Origin: Leidyana gryllorum EB-2025a
Lineage: Eukaryota; Protista; Apicomplexa
Direction: 5' to 3'
Assembly (NCBI GenBank): GCA_048772705.1
Contig: JBLWGC010000230.1
Coordinates: forward strand, 806,001 to 870,000
Length of the DNA: 64,000 nt
The translations under genes were made by a program, and so were the position numbers. This document shows, piece by piece, positions 50,141-63,895 of the stretch (positions are counted from its first letter, which is position 1; every line of letters begins with the position of its first letter). The notes beneath the pieces are model-generated. The model was not told the origin of the DNA. It worked only from the letters and a program-made list of their open reading frames with translations, and ran no database searches.

Positions 50141-53100
50141 ATGCTGAGAGGCGGCATGCCCGTCGCAGGCAGGCCTTATCAGGCCCATTCGCCGCACGTT
50201 TATGCAGCGACTGCCCCCGTAAGTCCGCGCTGTCAAATGTGGTACAATTCACCAGCCGCCCGCGCAGTCGGAAACAGAAGCTGCTGGACCCCCAATCTCC
50301 ACACTTTCCACTTGTCCGGATAACCGAGTGGACTCTCATGCCGTACCACGGCCAAGAAGCTATGGCGAACGGATCTCAGAACCCGCCGGCCCACGGATAA
50401 CGCCCGATTACATGGGAGCACCCCCGCCGTCAACCCAGTATTGCACATATGTCGAAGAATATGATTCGATGCCGCGATATATACGATCAGCCTTCTATGC
50501 TGTCGCTCAATCTCGCACCACGTATCAAACCTCTAACGTTCCGTTCGGTGAGGTCACACTCCTATTGCTGGGTGACATTAGATGACGACTTTTACTCAGC
50601 GCTGTTCGTCACGCCATTTGCACGTCTCAACATGTATGAATGCCCTCCTCCTCGGGTAAGGTGGTTGCCCGAGACGTATACGCGCACACACACGTGTTGT
50701 ACACACAGATTGATTTGTCACCGTATTCACCCTACTTCAAACATTTGCGAGCCCCGGTGTGGAATTGGACGGATTTGGCTAGAAGTCGACCATCGGTATT
50801 GCGATGCGAAGAGTGCGGCTCATATGCCAATCCGTACTTTGTGATGGCGGACTCGATCGCCACTTGCAACATGTGCCTAAGGCCCACCCAGGTGAGTACA
50901 TTTCTCGCACTCCTACCGCTTAAGGGGTTGGACGCTACAGATGTTGGGTCATTTGTAGGTTCCTGAGTTCTACCAAAGTGCGGTGATGGAGCATCAACGC
51001 CAAGTTCGGTGCGAGGCTGAGTTCATGGCTCAATTGAGAGCACCATACTTCCTGAAGGAAGGGCTGAGTCTTTTGGGCGGCTGGGCCCGACCAGAGTTGC
51101 TGAAAGGCACGGTAGACTATGTAACTCACACCCATGTCATGCCCACCCGAGGAGTCTCGAACTTTTACATGGGTGCTGGGTACCGCGCGTCGGCGAAAGC
51201 TGGGGAGCCAGCATCCTCACCAGTTGATCCAGACGAGCAGGTGGATTTTCTGCAGCCGGACAGAGTGATTGAGCCTCGGGCATGGCCGGCGATAGTGTTT
51301 GTAGTAGACACCACGATCGCATCAATCCAGTCGGACTTCCACAACGCTGTGGTTTCGAGCATCAAACACTGTGTCAAGAGTTGGCCCTCCACGACATTGG
51401 ATATCGCCATTGTGACTTACGGTCACGAAGACATCCAAGTGTGGCCTGTGCGTGAGGGCGTGACCTTGGAATCGAGCGATGTGATCCAAGGTGTAAGTTA
51501 TTGCTCGGTCTTCACATGCCTGTAATTGCCATCAGGTCAATATATTAACCGATCTGAAGAATACGTTCCTCCCAGCGTCTGGACGTCGATTGTTCTTGAG
51601 AACGACTAGCGGTTGTCCCACCAATATCTGTGTGGATGCCTATGTTGACCGGATCTCCCAATTAGCGCAAGAGTTGGAGAAGCGAAAGGACATCACATCG
51701 CCCTCCATCGTTGAGAACCCTGCGTTGGCCGCTCTGACGGTGGCTTTGGACATGATTGACTCTCGAACTCTCACCCGCACGGCAGTCAACCCCTACCGCG
51801 GAGGAACCGTTGTACTCTGCACCACGTCACGTCCGACAACGGGCTTGGGCGCTAGCGAGCTGGGAAAGGCAGTCCCGGCCGCTTCTCCGAAGGCTCGCAC
51901 TCCCCACAAGGGCCCGTCGGTCAACATCTATCATCCAGCCACCGATGTGGTAAGCTAAGACTGTCGTGATTGGTTTTACGGCACCGTAGTTCCCACTGTA
52001 TGAGGCAATCTCACGGCGCTGCGTGACCAACGGAGTGGCTATCAATGTTTTCGGAGCCAATGTTCAGAGAAATATGCCCACTTGTACCACACGGACCACC
52101 TTGGAGAATGGTGGCTATATACACCTGACGCGAAGTACGGGTGGCAGACTTTGTCACTACCCCAAGTTCTCGCTGGCTCTGGAGTACGAACATTTATATT
52201 TCGATTTACAACGGCTCTTCGATAATGCCGGGAGCTTCGGCATGGATATATCAGCCAAACTGAGAGTCTCCAAGGGACTGAAGGTGAAAAGTATACTGTG
52301 TCCGTGGTCCTCTTTGAGCTCCAACACCGGAGGGTTTGGTAAGGACGTCGCAGGGTTCACAGTTCCAAGATTGGATGGCGACACTGCAATCGTCTTCGAA
52401 CTCGATTACCGGGATGCGTAAGTCCTGCCTGTGTATCCCTCAATGTTACCCACGCCCCCACCGTTGTGCAGGAACGTCGAGGAGCGGTACGTACATGTTC
52501 AGTTGGCTGTGGCTTTCACCAATTGGAACGGCGAGAGAATGCTGAGGGTCCTCAACAAGAGGCTCAGCACTACTCAGAGCCTGGCTCAACTGTACAGGCA
52601 CTCCGACCTCGAGCCCGTATTCGCTTACTTTGCCCGAAGGGCTTTCTTGGCAGCCCTGGCCAATGACCCCAAATGGAAGAGTCTGGAGAGTATCACAGGG
52701 GCGCTCAAAGAGCTCTTCTTCGCATACCGGATCAACGTGAGACTTCGTCATCGTACGAGTGGGTATGTCGTAACTTTCCCCAGCAGTGTTCTATCTACGT
52801 GTCCACTAGCCAGCTGATCCTCCCGGAGGCACAAAAGATGTTGCCTGTGCTTGTCAACGCCCTGGTGAAGAACACAGCGCTGCGAGGGAATGCACATCCG
52901 GACACAACGGCGGCTGCTCTAGTAAACCTTCTGGGCGCAAATCCACCCCGACTGCTACTCACCATCTACCCGCGGGTCTATGTAATCCACAGAAGTCACA
53001 CCAACCTCGAAAAGGAGAACTTAAGCACAGTAAGCGGACCGTTAGGTATGGATGGTCACATATGTACCTGTGTGTGTCTCCCTTCAGATTGGATATCCTA

Positions 53101-53676
53101 CCGGGTTCGACGATTTGGTAGACATTCCGCGGTCGATACCCGCGTCGGGTGAATATATGACAAACGATGGAGTGTATCTTATGGATTGCGGGTCGTACTT
53201 CTACCTCTATGTTTCCGAGTACGTGAAGCCGGAGGTGATGGCGGAGATACTAGGGGATGTGAACGCATTCTGGGCGGAAACGCGATCGAGGCCAGCTCTG
53301 CTCCCTCCTCCCCCGGTCGAAGGCTATGGTAGTGAGTTTGAAAGACTACGGGTTGGTGTATGTGTGGTGTCGCCCGTTTGCAGGTCGAATCCACGCAATA
53401 GTGAACGAAATGCGGAGAGAGCGCCATGAGCTGTCGTTCACACCCTGTCGTGTGGTAATGCATCAGTAAGTGGCCATAGTGACGAGTGTGTGGTGGAGCA
53501 CAAAGTGTGTTCAGGTCGGTGGACGAGACGGAGTTTTACTGGAATTTGGTGGAAGACCGAGTTGGGCCATACGACGCATATGCGACCTATCTGTGTGCGG
53601 TAAGGGGCGTAATAGAGGGGCATAAAGCGTTTTTCAGATCCACCGGATGGTGACTGCAATGATGGAGGATGCTTGA
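50141..53676 (+). CDS. SEC24: COPII coat subunit SEC24
   Basis: PRYIRS, Zn finger RCEECGSYANPY..CNMC, RPELLKGTVDY, trunk IVFVVDTT, TGGRLCHYPKF, LRVSKGL, GERMLRV, QLILPEAQKMLP, gelsolin-like GVYLMDCG. Confidence 0.92.
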
Positions 53677-53749
53677 TGGATGTCCCACAGAGAAATGACA
53701 AACAATCGTGCACCTCCACTCAGATCACACGCACCTTGGGTGTTGAGGA

Positions 53750-54350
<601 letters not shown>

Positions 54351-54395
54351 TTGATTATCGATAGCTAAATAGATAGATGGCATGGAAATCTGTTA

Positions 54396-56016
54396 TCACG
54401 AGAGATCCATGGTTCGATATATCCGCTTAACATAGCTAGCCAGCTCGGTATTTGACCCGTCCCGCTGTTCACGGCAGTATCTACTACTCCTGTGAGAGCA
54501 AGAAGTGTGTGTGTATGGTCTTCTTGCTCGTGTTGACCATCTTGACTCACCAATATGCGGCATCTCGATTGATCACTGGCCCCTGCGCGAGGTTTTCTAC
54601 TGTCAGGACAGGCAGCATCTCTTTGGCGCCACTCGTGCCATTAAATTCACCCACGCTCAGAGAACCCAATCGCATCGTTCTTTCTCTTGGATATCCCAGT
54701 GGTGCCTGTATCCAGAGACAAGAGAGAATTAATTACTTTGTGTTTTATCTTCCAAGACAGTGGTATCACCTGCACGAATCGACATTTCAATAAAGCCTCA
54801 TCTAATTGAGAACTGTCGCAACCCTGTCCATCAAGAAGCTCCTTGAGCGAAGCGTTCCAGCCGAAATGAGTGTGTCCAAAGACGTGTAGGTCTGGACAGA
54901 GCTGTAGGACTCGAGATCCCAGCCACTGCAGTAGGGAGGAGAGTTGGGGGTCGAACTTGAGCGGCCCGAATGGAACCATGGCCGATTGTTGCTCACCTCA
55001 CTGCCGATAGCTTTGGCTAAGGGCGGATAGAAGAGAAATCTTTTCTCTGGGTTCAGGAAGGGGAAGGGAAGGAAGTGGGAGAAGCTGAGGATGTGGTCGA
55101 ATTCTTCCAGTCTATTAGGCGGACACCGTTGCCAGAATTCCTGGACCAATTTACATTCGTTTCGAATTGTGAGGGATATATTCCCTTTGGTACGCGTAGT
55201 GGCAGCCATCGAGGGGACGATCCCTTCGTCGACGTCGTTCAGCCTATCCAGCGCCCGAGCAATGTAGGCGCTTTCCCAGGTCGACCTCACACTACCGCCG
55301 CCGCCGCTGGCGGTTGGTTCCGCCACCGCCGGAACCGACGACGAGGGCACATTGAAAGCTGCACAGAGACTGTCATACGTGACCTGAAGCTGAGCAGCAG
55401 CCGATCGCTCCTTTGCAGTGCGATCGGCTTCCATAAATTCAGCGATCGGCCACCGGCACTTCCGGCGGTCCGATATAACTTGGTCTAAAGGGGGGAGGGG
55501 TTTGCCTCCAGTTTCGGTGAGAGGGATCTCAGCCTCGCGGTCAAAAGACTCATGGTGGAATCCCAGCAGGGGGACTAACAGAAGTTTGAAGACTGACCCA
55601 TTGTTGTTCCGTGCAGCCCGCGAAAATCCGTCCTCACTCTCACTCTCGCTGCTTTCCGCGGCGGCGAGCTCGGAGTGTTCTTCGATGGTCAGACTCGTGG
55701 GTTGGATGAGCACTCCCAAAGTCTCCGAGAGAACTGTTCGCACTTCCTGACACCGCGTGTAGGAAGTGCCCAGCTGCGAGCTGGAACGCCATACATCGTG
55801 ATTCCCCGGAACAAAGGCAACGAGATCAAATAGCTCCGTCAGATACCGGAAAGTTGAGATCACAACTTCCTCCTTGTCAGACACATCCCCGGCTACAATG
55901 AGGATACTGAATACGTGTCGTCCCCGGATGTGCGCTAATGCCTCCTCGAGCCATTTCAGGTTAGCAGCGTAGTCTGTGTGTATATCGGAGATGGTGTACA
56001 CCCCCAAAACTGCCAT
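54396..56016 (-). CDS. Calcineurin-like metallophosphoesterase
   Basis: Motifs ISDIH, VAGDV, PGNHD, FSHFLP and FGHTH occur in the canonical order; APLGYPRER follows. Confidence 0.92.
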
Positions 56017-56018
56017 TT

Positions 56019-56890
56019 ATGAAGATGTCACAACAAGAAGAATTAGACGCGTCGCATCTCGACAATGGCGCCCTGCAGTGCAGCAATAAGCTCGATGTCC
56101 TCCAGGCCTCAGTGGAGGCCCTAAGTCACCAAGTAGAAACCCTAACTGACTTGGTCCAGCAAATGCTGGTGCGGTACGTCCCTTCACCACCAAAACAGAC
56201 CTCGAGCTCAGACAACGGCATCTCGAGACCGAAATACGGAGAGAACGAGCCTCACACCACCAGCTGCCTCTGGTTACTGCAGTCCCTCATCCGAGCAGCT
56301 CTGTGTCCCCATCGGTCACGGCCCCTGGGGCCTTCAACCCTTCCCAGCCATGTCGGTCCCCCGGATTCGTCCCAGGATCGCCTACTCCTCCCGTTGTCCC
56401 GACCGCCCCTCCTCGCCCTCGCGCTGAGAGCGCTGTTGGAATGCTGGTGAACGCCCACCACGCACTCCCAGAAAGGACGTTTACGACATTAAACGCTGTG
56501 GTGAACATGGCCTATGAAGCAGTAACAGGCAGTTCCCTGCTCGGCCCAGTTCCCCTCGACCTGCCACCCCCACGCATACCTCCATCGCAACCGATGGCAC
56601 CCTCCTCCGCTCGGGCATCCATCATGGCCGTCCATGGCTCCGCGGCCGGAGGCGATGAAGATGACTCCGCGTCCGGCTCTGAATCAGTCACACTTGTACA
56701 TGCTGCCGAGGAGATTCCAGCTGCTCCCCCGCTCCCAGCGGTCCAACCACCCCCCAAAACCACACCGCCTCCTCCTCCACCTGCACCCACCATTGTGTTC
56801 AAACCCAAATCAGGAGGGAGAGACGTGTCGGAGGTGTTTGCCGCCAAGCAGAGCAACCTTCTTTCTCAGCTGGAGAGATATAGAAAATGA
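56019..56890 (+). CDS. Hypothetical protein with a short coiled coil and Pro-rich region
   Basis: ORFs 56019-56450 and 56303-56890; KLDVLQASVEALSHQVETLTDLVQQM shows a heptad pattern; polyPro. Confidence 0.55.
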
Positions 56891-56957
56891 GAACTAACTG
56901 AGTTCAGAGTGCCCAATAGATAGCCCGTCCACATCTCTGCTTCGTCAAATTTGGCAC

Positions 56958-58628
56958 ATGACGGATGTTGACGCCCTCACTCTCCTCACATTCAATGCTG
57001 GTCTCTTGCAGTACAAGTTCTTTGGCCTGAGAGTTTTCCGTAACCCTCCGTTCACATGGCGTCGCCTGCGCCACCTTCCCAGTAGGCCACAACCTCTCGC
57101 TCCTCCCACTTCACTCACCCTCAATCCAGCTGCGCTGAGAGCCGCCAATGCAGACATCGTGGCCCTACAAGAGGTGTTCGAGGAGTCACAAGTCGATTAT
57201 CTTGTTGAGTCGCTGCGACTTATTTATCCCTTCGCAGCGCGACGAATGTCAGGGGGGCTCCTGGCCCTGCACAATGGACTCCTCATTCTCAGCAAGTTTC
57301 CGGTGATCAGTACACGTTTCGAGCGGTTCGAGTCGGTGAGTGAGTGAGTGAGTGAGTGAGTGACAGACAAGAGGAATATCTGCTGAGACGGCACACACTG
57401 GTCGTGTCGCCGGGCTCAGGCGGCCATTGAGGCGGCCGGGCTGCCGAAATCCTGGTGTTTCATACCTCACCTCTGTCGGCCGCCCAAACAGAACACGCGC
57501 GCGTGTGTGCACACATCATCGGTTTGCCTTGCAGATCACTTGGTCTGAGAGCCTGTTGGGATCCAAAGGGATCTTAGAGGCGGTAATACAGGTTCCGGGT
57601 GTAGGTCTTGGTGAGTGAGGGCGGTAGCGGACGGACGGATGATGGCTTATTCTCTAGTCTGTGTTTTGAATGTGCACATGGCAAGTGGAACAGTGGATCC
57701 GGAGAGTAAGACTCTGGACGCTGTGCGAGCTGAGGAAACGGAAGAAGTATTGTCAATGGCCAACGCGGCAGCGGAACGTGGGGAAATTCCTATCGTGGTT
57801 GGTGACTTTAACGCTTCTCCGGAAGTGTGTCCTGCAAGTTACCGCACGATGTTGAAGGCTGAGTGGGAGGACGCATTCGCAACAGGTTCGGGTTTGGACT
57901 CTGAAGACATTGATAGGATTGGTGTGGAGGAAAGAGACCATGTGGCAATAGTGATTGGCGAGACGGGTCAGGCGACAGCGGACGAGTATGGGGACACATC
58001 AGCGTCTTTGGCTGGGCCGGCCTCAGTGGAGGCATATGTGACGCCGGGGACGGCAATGTTAGCGGACAATGTGGAAGTGGAGGGCGAGGGTACACGGCGT
58101 CGATCATCGAAATTGGATACAGCACTGATCGGGTTATCGACGGCTGCGGAATATTTGGGTCCCTCTCGGATATTAGGTGTCGGTGGTAAATCGGCTTACG
58201 CTGACCAGGACTCCAATTCAGATGAGTGGCCGTTGATGGCCAACGAATCTAAGGAGTGGACGTGGGATCCGCGTAACTCTTTGAATCTACTGGGGCCTCA
58301 TTCAGGGTGTCACGGGCTGCGATGCGATCATGTTTTTCTGCCTCCCGATCGTCAACGGCGGGGACTACGGGATTTCGTCACGTATCGATCGCGTATTTTG
58401 TTTGACAAACCACGGGTGCTGGTACAAGCAGGTTGGCTCCAAGCATTCCTAAGTCCAATGTTTGGGGCTCCCAAGGGTCCGCTGTTGATCACTCTCAGCG
58501 ACCACTACGCAGTAAAGGTTGAACTTCGCCGAAGCCCCTCGCCAGAGGAGGACCCCGTGGCGGCCCCCCTTTTGGAGTCCGAAACTCCTCCCCGTCAAAC
58601 GGGCAGCCATTCCCTTCTCGTCCCCTAA
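56958..58628 (+). CDS. Endonuclease/exonuclease/phosphatase (EEP) family enzyme, neutral sphingomyelinase-like
   Basis: LTFNAGL, ADIVALQEVF, NGLLILSKFP, KGIL, NVHM, VGDFN, RCDHVF, SDHYAV. Confidence 0.87.
57336..57363 (+). repeat. (GTGA)n microsatellite at an intron 5' end
   Basis: gtgagtgagtgagtgagtgagtgagtga directly reiterates the GTGAG donor. Confidence 0.9.
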
Positions 58629-58717
58629 TAGACAGGCAGACAGACTAGCGGGGAGTTTAGCTATGTTCCTCAAACTATATATACACACATTCACTACTAC
58701 TACTACTAGTATCACTA

Positions 58718-60907
58718 CTACTTCTTGCCGTCATCTTGTACCACCCCAAAAACGCGCACTCTGTAAATACACAACGAACCAACCTCGGGGTTCCCAGAGA
58801 ACAGAAACCGCACTCTACGACACAGTGTGTGTGGGAGTTGGAGTGTGTGTGTGTGGGAGTTGGAGAGTGTGTGTGGGAGTTAAAGTGTGTGGGAGTTGGA
58901 GAGTGTGTGTGTGGGAGTTGGGGTCGGCCAGGGGTTGGAAGGAATTGATTGTCGTACCGTTGATATTTGGTATTCTCGTCCTCAGCAACAAACGGAGTAC
59001 GAACAGTGTGTTGAGTGACAAAATCGATCTCGAATCGGCTGAGATATTCATTCGGCGGATAAGCTGTTGCGCTCATTGGAACTGGGGGTGCGATGTGGAT
59101 TGAATTGCGTGTGAGAGAATAGGGGTCTCTCACGAGTTCGTTGTGGTGGAGTGACCCGGGATCCATAAACGGTTGCGGCAGTCGGGGCGCACTCTGGGAA
59201 TTGGTCAAGGTTGCGTCGCACATGCTCAACTTCAAACGCCTTGACAATGATCTGTGCCGGCGGCGGTTAGTATGTGTGGACGTGTGGCAACGTCTGCCAC
59301 TCACCGGATAGGGCAAGTGGAGAGTGACATTGGCTTCACTCCCCGAAACAGTGTAGCAATCGCCTGGGCCTCTGATGGGAGTCTCATCCAGCATTATCTC
59401 TGCTTCCTTGACATCATTCTCTGCGACAGAGGCGTATCGGCCGGAGGGCACGAGTTTGGCCACAGTTCGAGACAGAGCGATTCTGAGGTCCAATTATGAG
59501 CTGTGGCGGAGCCGATGGTCCCTTACAGATTCTTATCATTCGCTCCGGCGGCGCGAGACGTGAATATTTTGACGATGCCCGCCCGTAAGCTCGTGAGAGC
59601 AAAGTTGACGCCGACGTCTTCTTCAGGCTCCTCTGGTGCAGGTTCGGGAACGGGGGCGGCCACAACGATCTCTTTGACAATCTCTTTGACAATGGGTGGC
59701 GGTGTCTTTGGTATCCTACGAGCGGCAGTCTCTCTGTCATTGATCAGTTTCGGAGGATTTGCACTCACATCTCCTGAGCTTGGCGCAGAGACGCGAGCTC
59801 CTTTTTCATCAGTTCTTCCTGCCGGAGAGCCTCGTGCAGCTTATCTTCCACTTCTTCAGACTGTTTGCGTAATCCCTGCATCTCTTCCATCATCTCGTGG
59901 ATCTCTGGAGGAGGAGGAGGCGGGCATGGGTGACAAGCAGAGCGGACTCACTCTGCTGCAGCAGCGCGGTGGTCGTGTCGCGGGCTTTGAGTTCGGCCTC
60001 ATACTCGGCTGAGCGCTGATCTTCGAGCGGTTTGCTCCGTTCAATGCTCTGCAGACGGTCGCTGTAGTCCTGAAGAGCCTTGAAGTGGCCGTGAGCAAAG
60101 AGCGTTCGCTCACCTTGAAGCGCGCCAAGTTGGCTTCCATTCGGTCTGTGGCGCAGAAGTATGGCACCGTCTCCGTCTGAAGTGCTCACCTTGAAGTCGG
60201 TGATAGTGATCTTTGAGCGCACTGACGCTCTCGGCTTCTTTGCGCTGTTTGCTCTCCAGTTCCCCTTTGATGTCTTGAACGAGAGAGGGCAGGTAGCTTT
60301 GGATTAGAGAGGATAACTCGTCCGGGTCGGGTAGCTGTTTCTCTACAATGGGTTCGCGGAAGCCGCCGGCGGGGCCACCGACACCCGCAGCCGGTCCCGG
60401 TTCGTAGTGCATAGAGTTCGGTGCCGAGAAGTGCTGTTGTTGTGTGTGTAAGGGCGAGACGCCGTCGAGACTTAGAGGAGAGGGGTCGGTTATCGAGTTG
60501 GCAGGAGAGGGGCGAGTTGTGCGGATGGAGTGATACCAAATTGCTGCGGCGACCAATAGAGCGGCGCCGACTTTGTACCACGGGAAGGACGATTGGGTGT
60601 TCTTATAGGCCGGTCGATACCCGGCGGCGATGGAGTGTCCGGTTACAGAGGTTTCAGCAGTCGAAGGGCGTCGCTCAAAGTCCGGGCGGCCAATGGTGCT
60701 ACCGCTGCCACGTCTCAACATGTGGAGGCCATCACCCGCAAAGGGGGGGGCGTGTCGGCCAGTGTGGTCGATCATTGTGACCTCAAAGGGGTTGTTGCCA
60801 CGACATGACGGTGATGAAGTGTTGTTGATGGCCTCTGTGGGAGGGCCTCCAGCCGGATCGGTGGTGCCGCCTTGGGCTGCATGAAGGAGAGCTCTTCGAC
60901 TGCTCAT
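58718..60907 (-). CDS. SUN-domain inner nuclear membrane protein (TM + coiled coil + C-terminal SUN)
   Basis: TM WYKVGAALLVAAAIWYHSI; coiled coil; VNFAL..GPGDCYTVSGSEANVTLHLPYP|IIVKAFEVEHV..CAP..|VRFLFSGNPEVGSLCIYRVRVFG. Confidence 0.85.
58824..58921. repeat. Intronic minisatellite of (gt)n-gggagtt(gg/aa)a units
   Basis: About 5 imperfect copies of gtgtgtgtgggagttgga inside the last SUN-gene intron. Confidence 0.8.
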
Positions 60908-60925
60908 AGCGTTTTTTTGAGTTAA

Positions 60926-63895
60926 ATGCCTGATGGCTTGAAGATGCCGCTGCTGTCTGGTACTTCCAAGTTTGCAGGCTCACCTGCCATCAAGCGCCCG
61001 TGGCTTCGCAGACGGAGATCTCACGACGGTTCCCGGTCGAACTTGGCGGAAGACAGACGGGCGCTGCTCCAAAGCACTTTCTCCGAAGTCTCGCCGCCCC
61101 CTCCGCGGCACCCGTTCACCCCGCTGGCGGGTCCCTGCGGGTCCGCTCGGCACATCACCTTCGAGCAAGCGGGGGCCGCTGACCAGAACAAACACTATGC
61201 GAGACAACGGCTGTCGCAACTGCTAATGGATATGGACTGCGAGATGAAACAGTATCCACAGCCACCGATTAGCCCCGTGTCACCCCAAGCAGATCGACCG
61301 GCCGCCGAAAGTGCGTCCACCAAGGCGAAGCTCAGTTCACACGTCGTTGCCGACGCCATTGTGTTGTCCAGGTGAGTCCCAAACCACTGCCGGTGTCTAC
61401 TCTAATGCTAAGACTGTCTGGAGGACCTCTGCTTTCCCGTGAGGATCACTTCACCAAGACCCGTCACAAATCCGCTGGCGCCACTTCTCCACACCATCAC
61501 AACGAACCCACAGATCAAGCCTGCCATTGGAACGAAGAAGCCGAAGTACTCGCGTGTTCCTCAGCTGGCTCCCTCACGTAAGCAGCTCCCGTCGCCTCCA
61601 CAAAAACACTCACATCACAGCCCTGTTGATCGTGAAATCTTCGTAAGGAAGGGACTCAAATCGGAAACGCCGTGCCTCACAGGATCGCGCATCCCTCCTC
61701 TCCGCTGAGGATGTGCGCTCACGTCACCACATTGTCGACATTGACAACCCGCCTTCTGAAGACCAATCAGCCAGCCAACCGCGTACTGTTGAAGTAAGCC
61801 ACCGACCAATACCTCAATAAGCGCAGCTCAACCATCTCCCACACTCCAATTCAAGGTCCAACGTATCCGAAGATCTTCAGAACGCCTCCCCCGGGGACGA
61901 AGACGACCCATACCACTCCGGCGGCCGCCACTCCTCCATCGGCGGCAACGAACGCATCGTACCCGCTCCCACACTACGACGAAAGGCCCTCATCGTCCTC
62001 AGCATTGCCAATGGTGAGTCTCACAGAGACACTTTAATCTGACGATTAATGATCCCAACTAATAATATGCCACCCGACAAACAATCCTTTCCACATCAAA
62101 CAGGTTCCTGTCAACGTCTCGAGTTTGGAACATCCGAGTTGCTTAAGATTGTACATTTGAATCGCCCTGTCATGGGCACCCATGGACCCGACGAACATCT
62201 CAGTGGAACCCTCAAGTAAGACACGGCCCCCAACTGGAAAGTGAAGCGCTCCGCGACCTCCAAATCCGCCTCGCGACCTCAAAATGCGCCTCGCGACCTC
62301 AAAATGCGCCCCGCTGTCGCACCCCTCAGTCTCGCCCACGCTTCCCTCGCCGCCCCGACCGACTGCTCCAACATTACGACTAAATCCTCACAACTGATCC
62401 CCTGCAGACTGCGAGATCTTCGTCAAATTTGCTCCAGTGGAGTCGGTGCTCAGCGTCCCTCCATAGAGCCCCGAAGGAGTTGTATTCTGGTCAACATGCC
62501 TTACGTCAAGGCGCTAATCCTTCGAAATCGGGTAATCGTATTCTCCAAGAGACAATCGATACGAACACAATGCCCACATCACAGATATTCCTCCTTGCGC
62601 GAGTTGGAGTTCCTGATGCCGACACACGCGCTCCTCAGTGGATCCATCGCTCCGAAGGCAGAGTTCGAGCCGGTACTAACAACACAAGTTGCAGCAATCT
62701 TCATCACCACGTCATTGGGGCAGCCACACAAGATGATTTTCGTAAGTCAATCAAAGCTCAACGCGTGGCAAACATATTCTCACCACAAACAGTTTCAGAG
62801 GTTGAGGGTGTGGCCAGTGTATCCTTAGTACAGAAATTGGTCCGGGTGTCCGAAGTGCAGAAGGCCGCACCCTTCGAGTTCCTTGCCCTCGAATCCATTT
62901 TATTCGAAGTCGTCTCCCGCCTATCTGACGCACTCGACCCCATGCAGGTTTTGGCCGGTGAGTTACGAGTGCCCTCTCCGCTTCATCCCCATCAACTCTT
63001 TCAATCTACACAGACCGCGTCCAAAACCAGCAGACTTATGTCCTATCCTCGACAGCCAAACTGCACGAGATTAGGGATACTAAGCGTCTGCTCCAGGAAG
63101 TCGAAGCCGCAGCGAAAGGTGTGGCTAAGTCACTGGAGGAAATCCTCGAAAATGAGGAGGATGTACGGCGTCTGGAGATTTCCCGATTTTGGGAGGTAGG
63201 CTTGCTGTCACAGAAACCTCTGCAATGCTCTTGTCCTGTCCCCCCCTTAGCGCCCTGAAGAGTGGGACGAGCCCGCGGATTCCCCAGGTGCTGAAGATGC
63301 CGAGATCTTGCTGGAGAGTTATCAGCAAGATGTAAGTCACCTCTCACCAGTCCTTTAACATCGGATGTGGCCATAGATCGAGTCCTTACTGCTCAAGATC
63401 GATGGAATGGATGAGACTTTGGACACACTGCTTCAAATTATGCAACTTCAATTGGCTACCACCCGAAACAACCTTCTCAAGTTTGAAATTGGTGAGCTAC
63501 ACACCTATAAATCAGCGTGCGCGGAGTGTGTGTCACCCGGTGTCTCCCGACGGGATGCATTGCTGCAACACACTATTTCGTGACATCCCACACATATCCG
63601 CACGTGTTTCAGGGTTGCAAGTGATCAGTGTGGTGGTTGGAATGGTTGCTGCTGTGGCTGGAATATTTGGCATGAACATTCCGTAAGTTTCATGATGATG
63701 AGTGTCGCTCCAGTGGCGCCGAATGCGCTAGTAGACCCCTTGTGGCCGAAAGTCTGCCTGTCGCGAATCCCGTCTTATAGGAATGGATACGAAAAGGACC
63801 ACACTTTCTTCTGGACCATGTCTCGAGCTATGGGGTGGATAATTACAGTTGTCAGTGCCTCGGTGTTCGTCTTTATCCTGAGGCTCAAGCTCTAG
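60926..63895 (+). CDS. MRS2: MRS2/CorA-family Mg2+ transporter with a long disordered N-terminal extension
   Basis: Exons splice continuously from 60926/60944 to LIVLSIANG|SCQRLEF..LRDLRQI..SIEPRRSCILVNM, PFEFLALESIL, AEILLESY, TRNNLLKFEI, AGIFGMN (GMN motif) and a final TM helix. Confidence 0.9.
62251..62310 (+). repeat. Intronic ~20 bp x3 tandem repeat
   Basis: ccgcgacctccaaatccgc/ctcgcgacctcaaaatgcgc/ctcgcgacctcaaaatgcgc within the intron at ~62216-62329. Confidence 0.8.

Noticed and set aside
58824-58921. GT-rich GGGAGTT repeats as interstitial telomere
   Set aside because: The units are irregular, do not match TTTAGGG/TTAGGG, and lie within an intron.
62172-63895. MRS2 starting at ATG 62172 with a separate upstream gene at 60926-62160
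   Set aside because: The upstream exons splice in frame through GT-AG introns into the MRS2 core, so one gene is more parsimonious.
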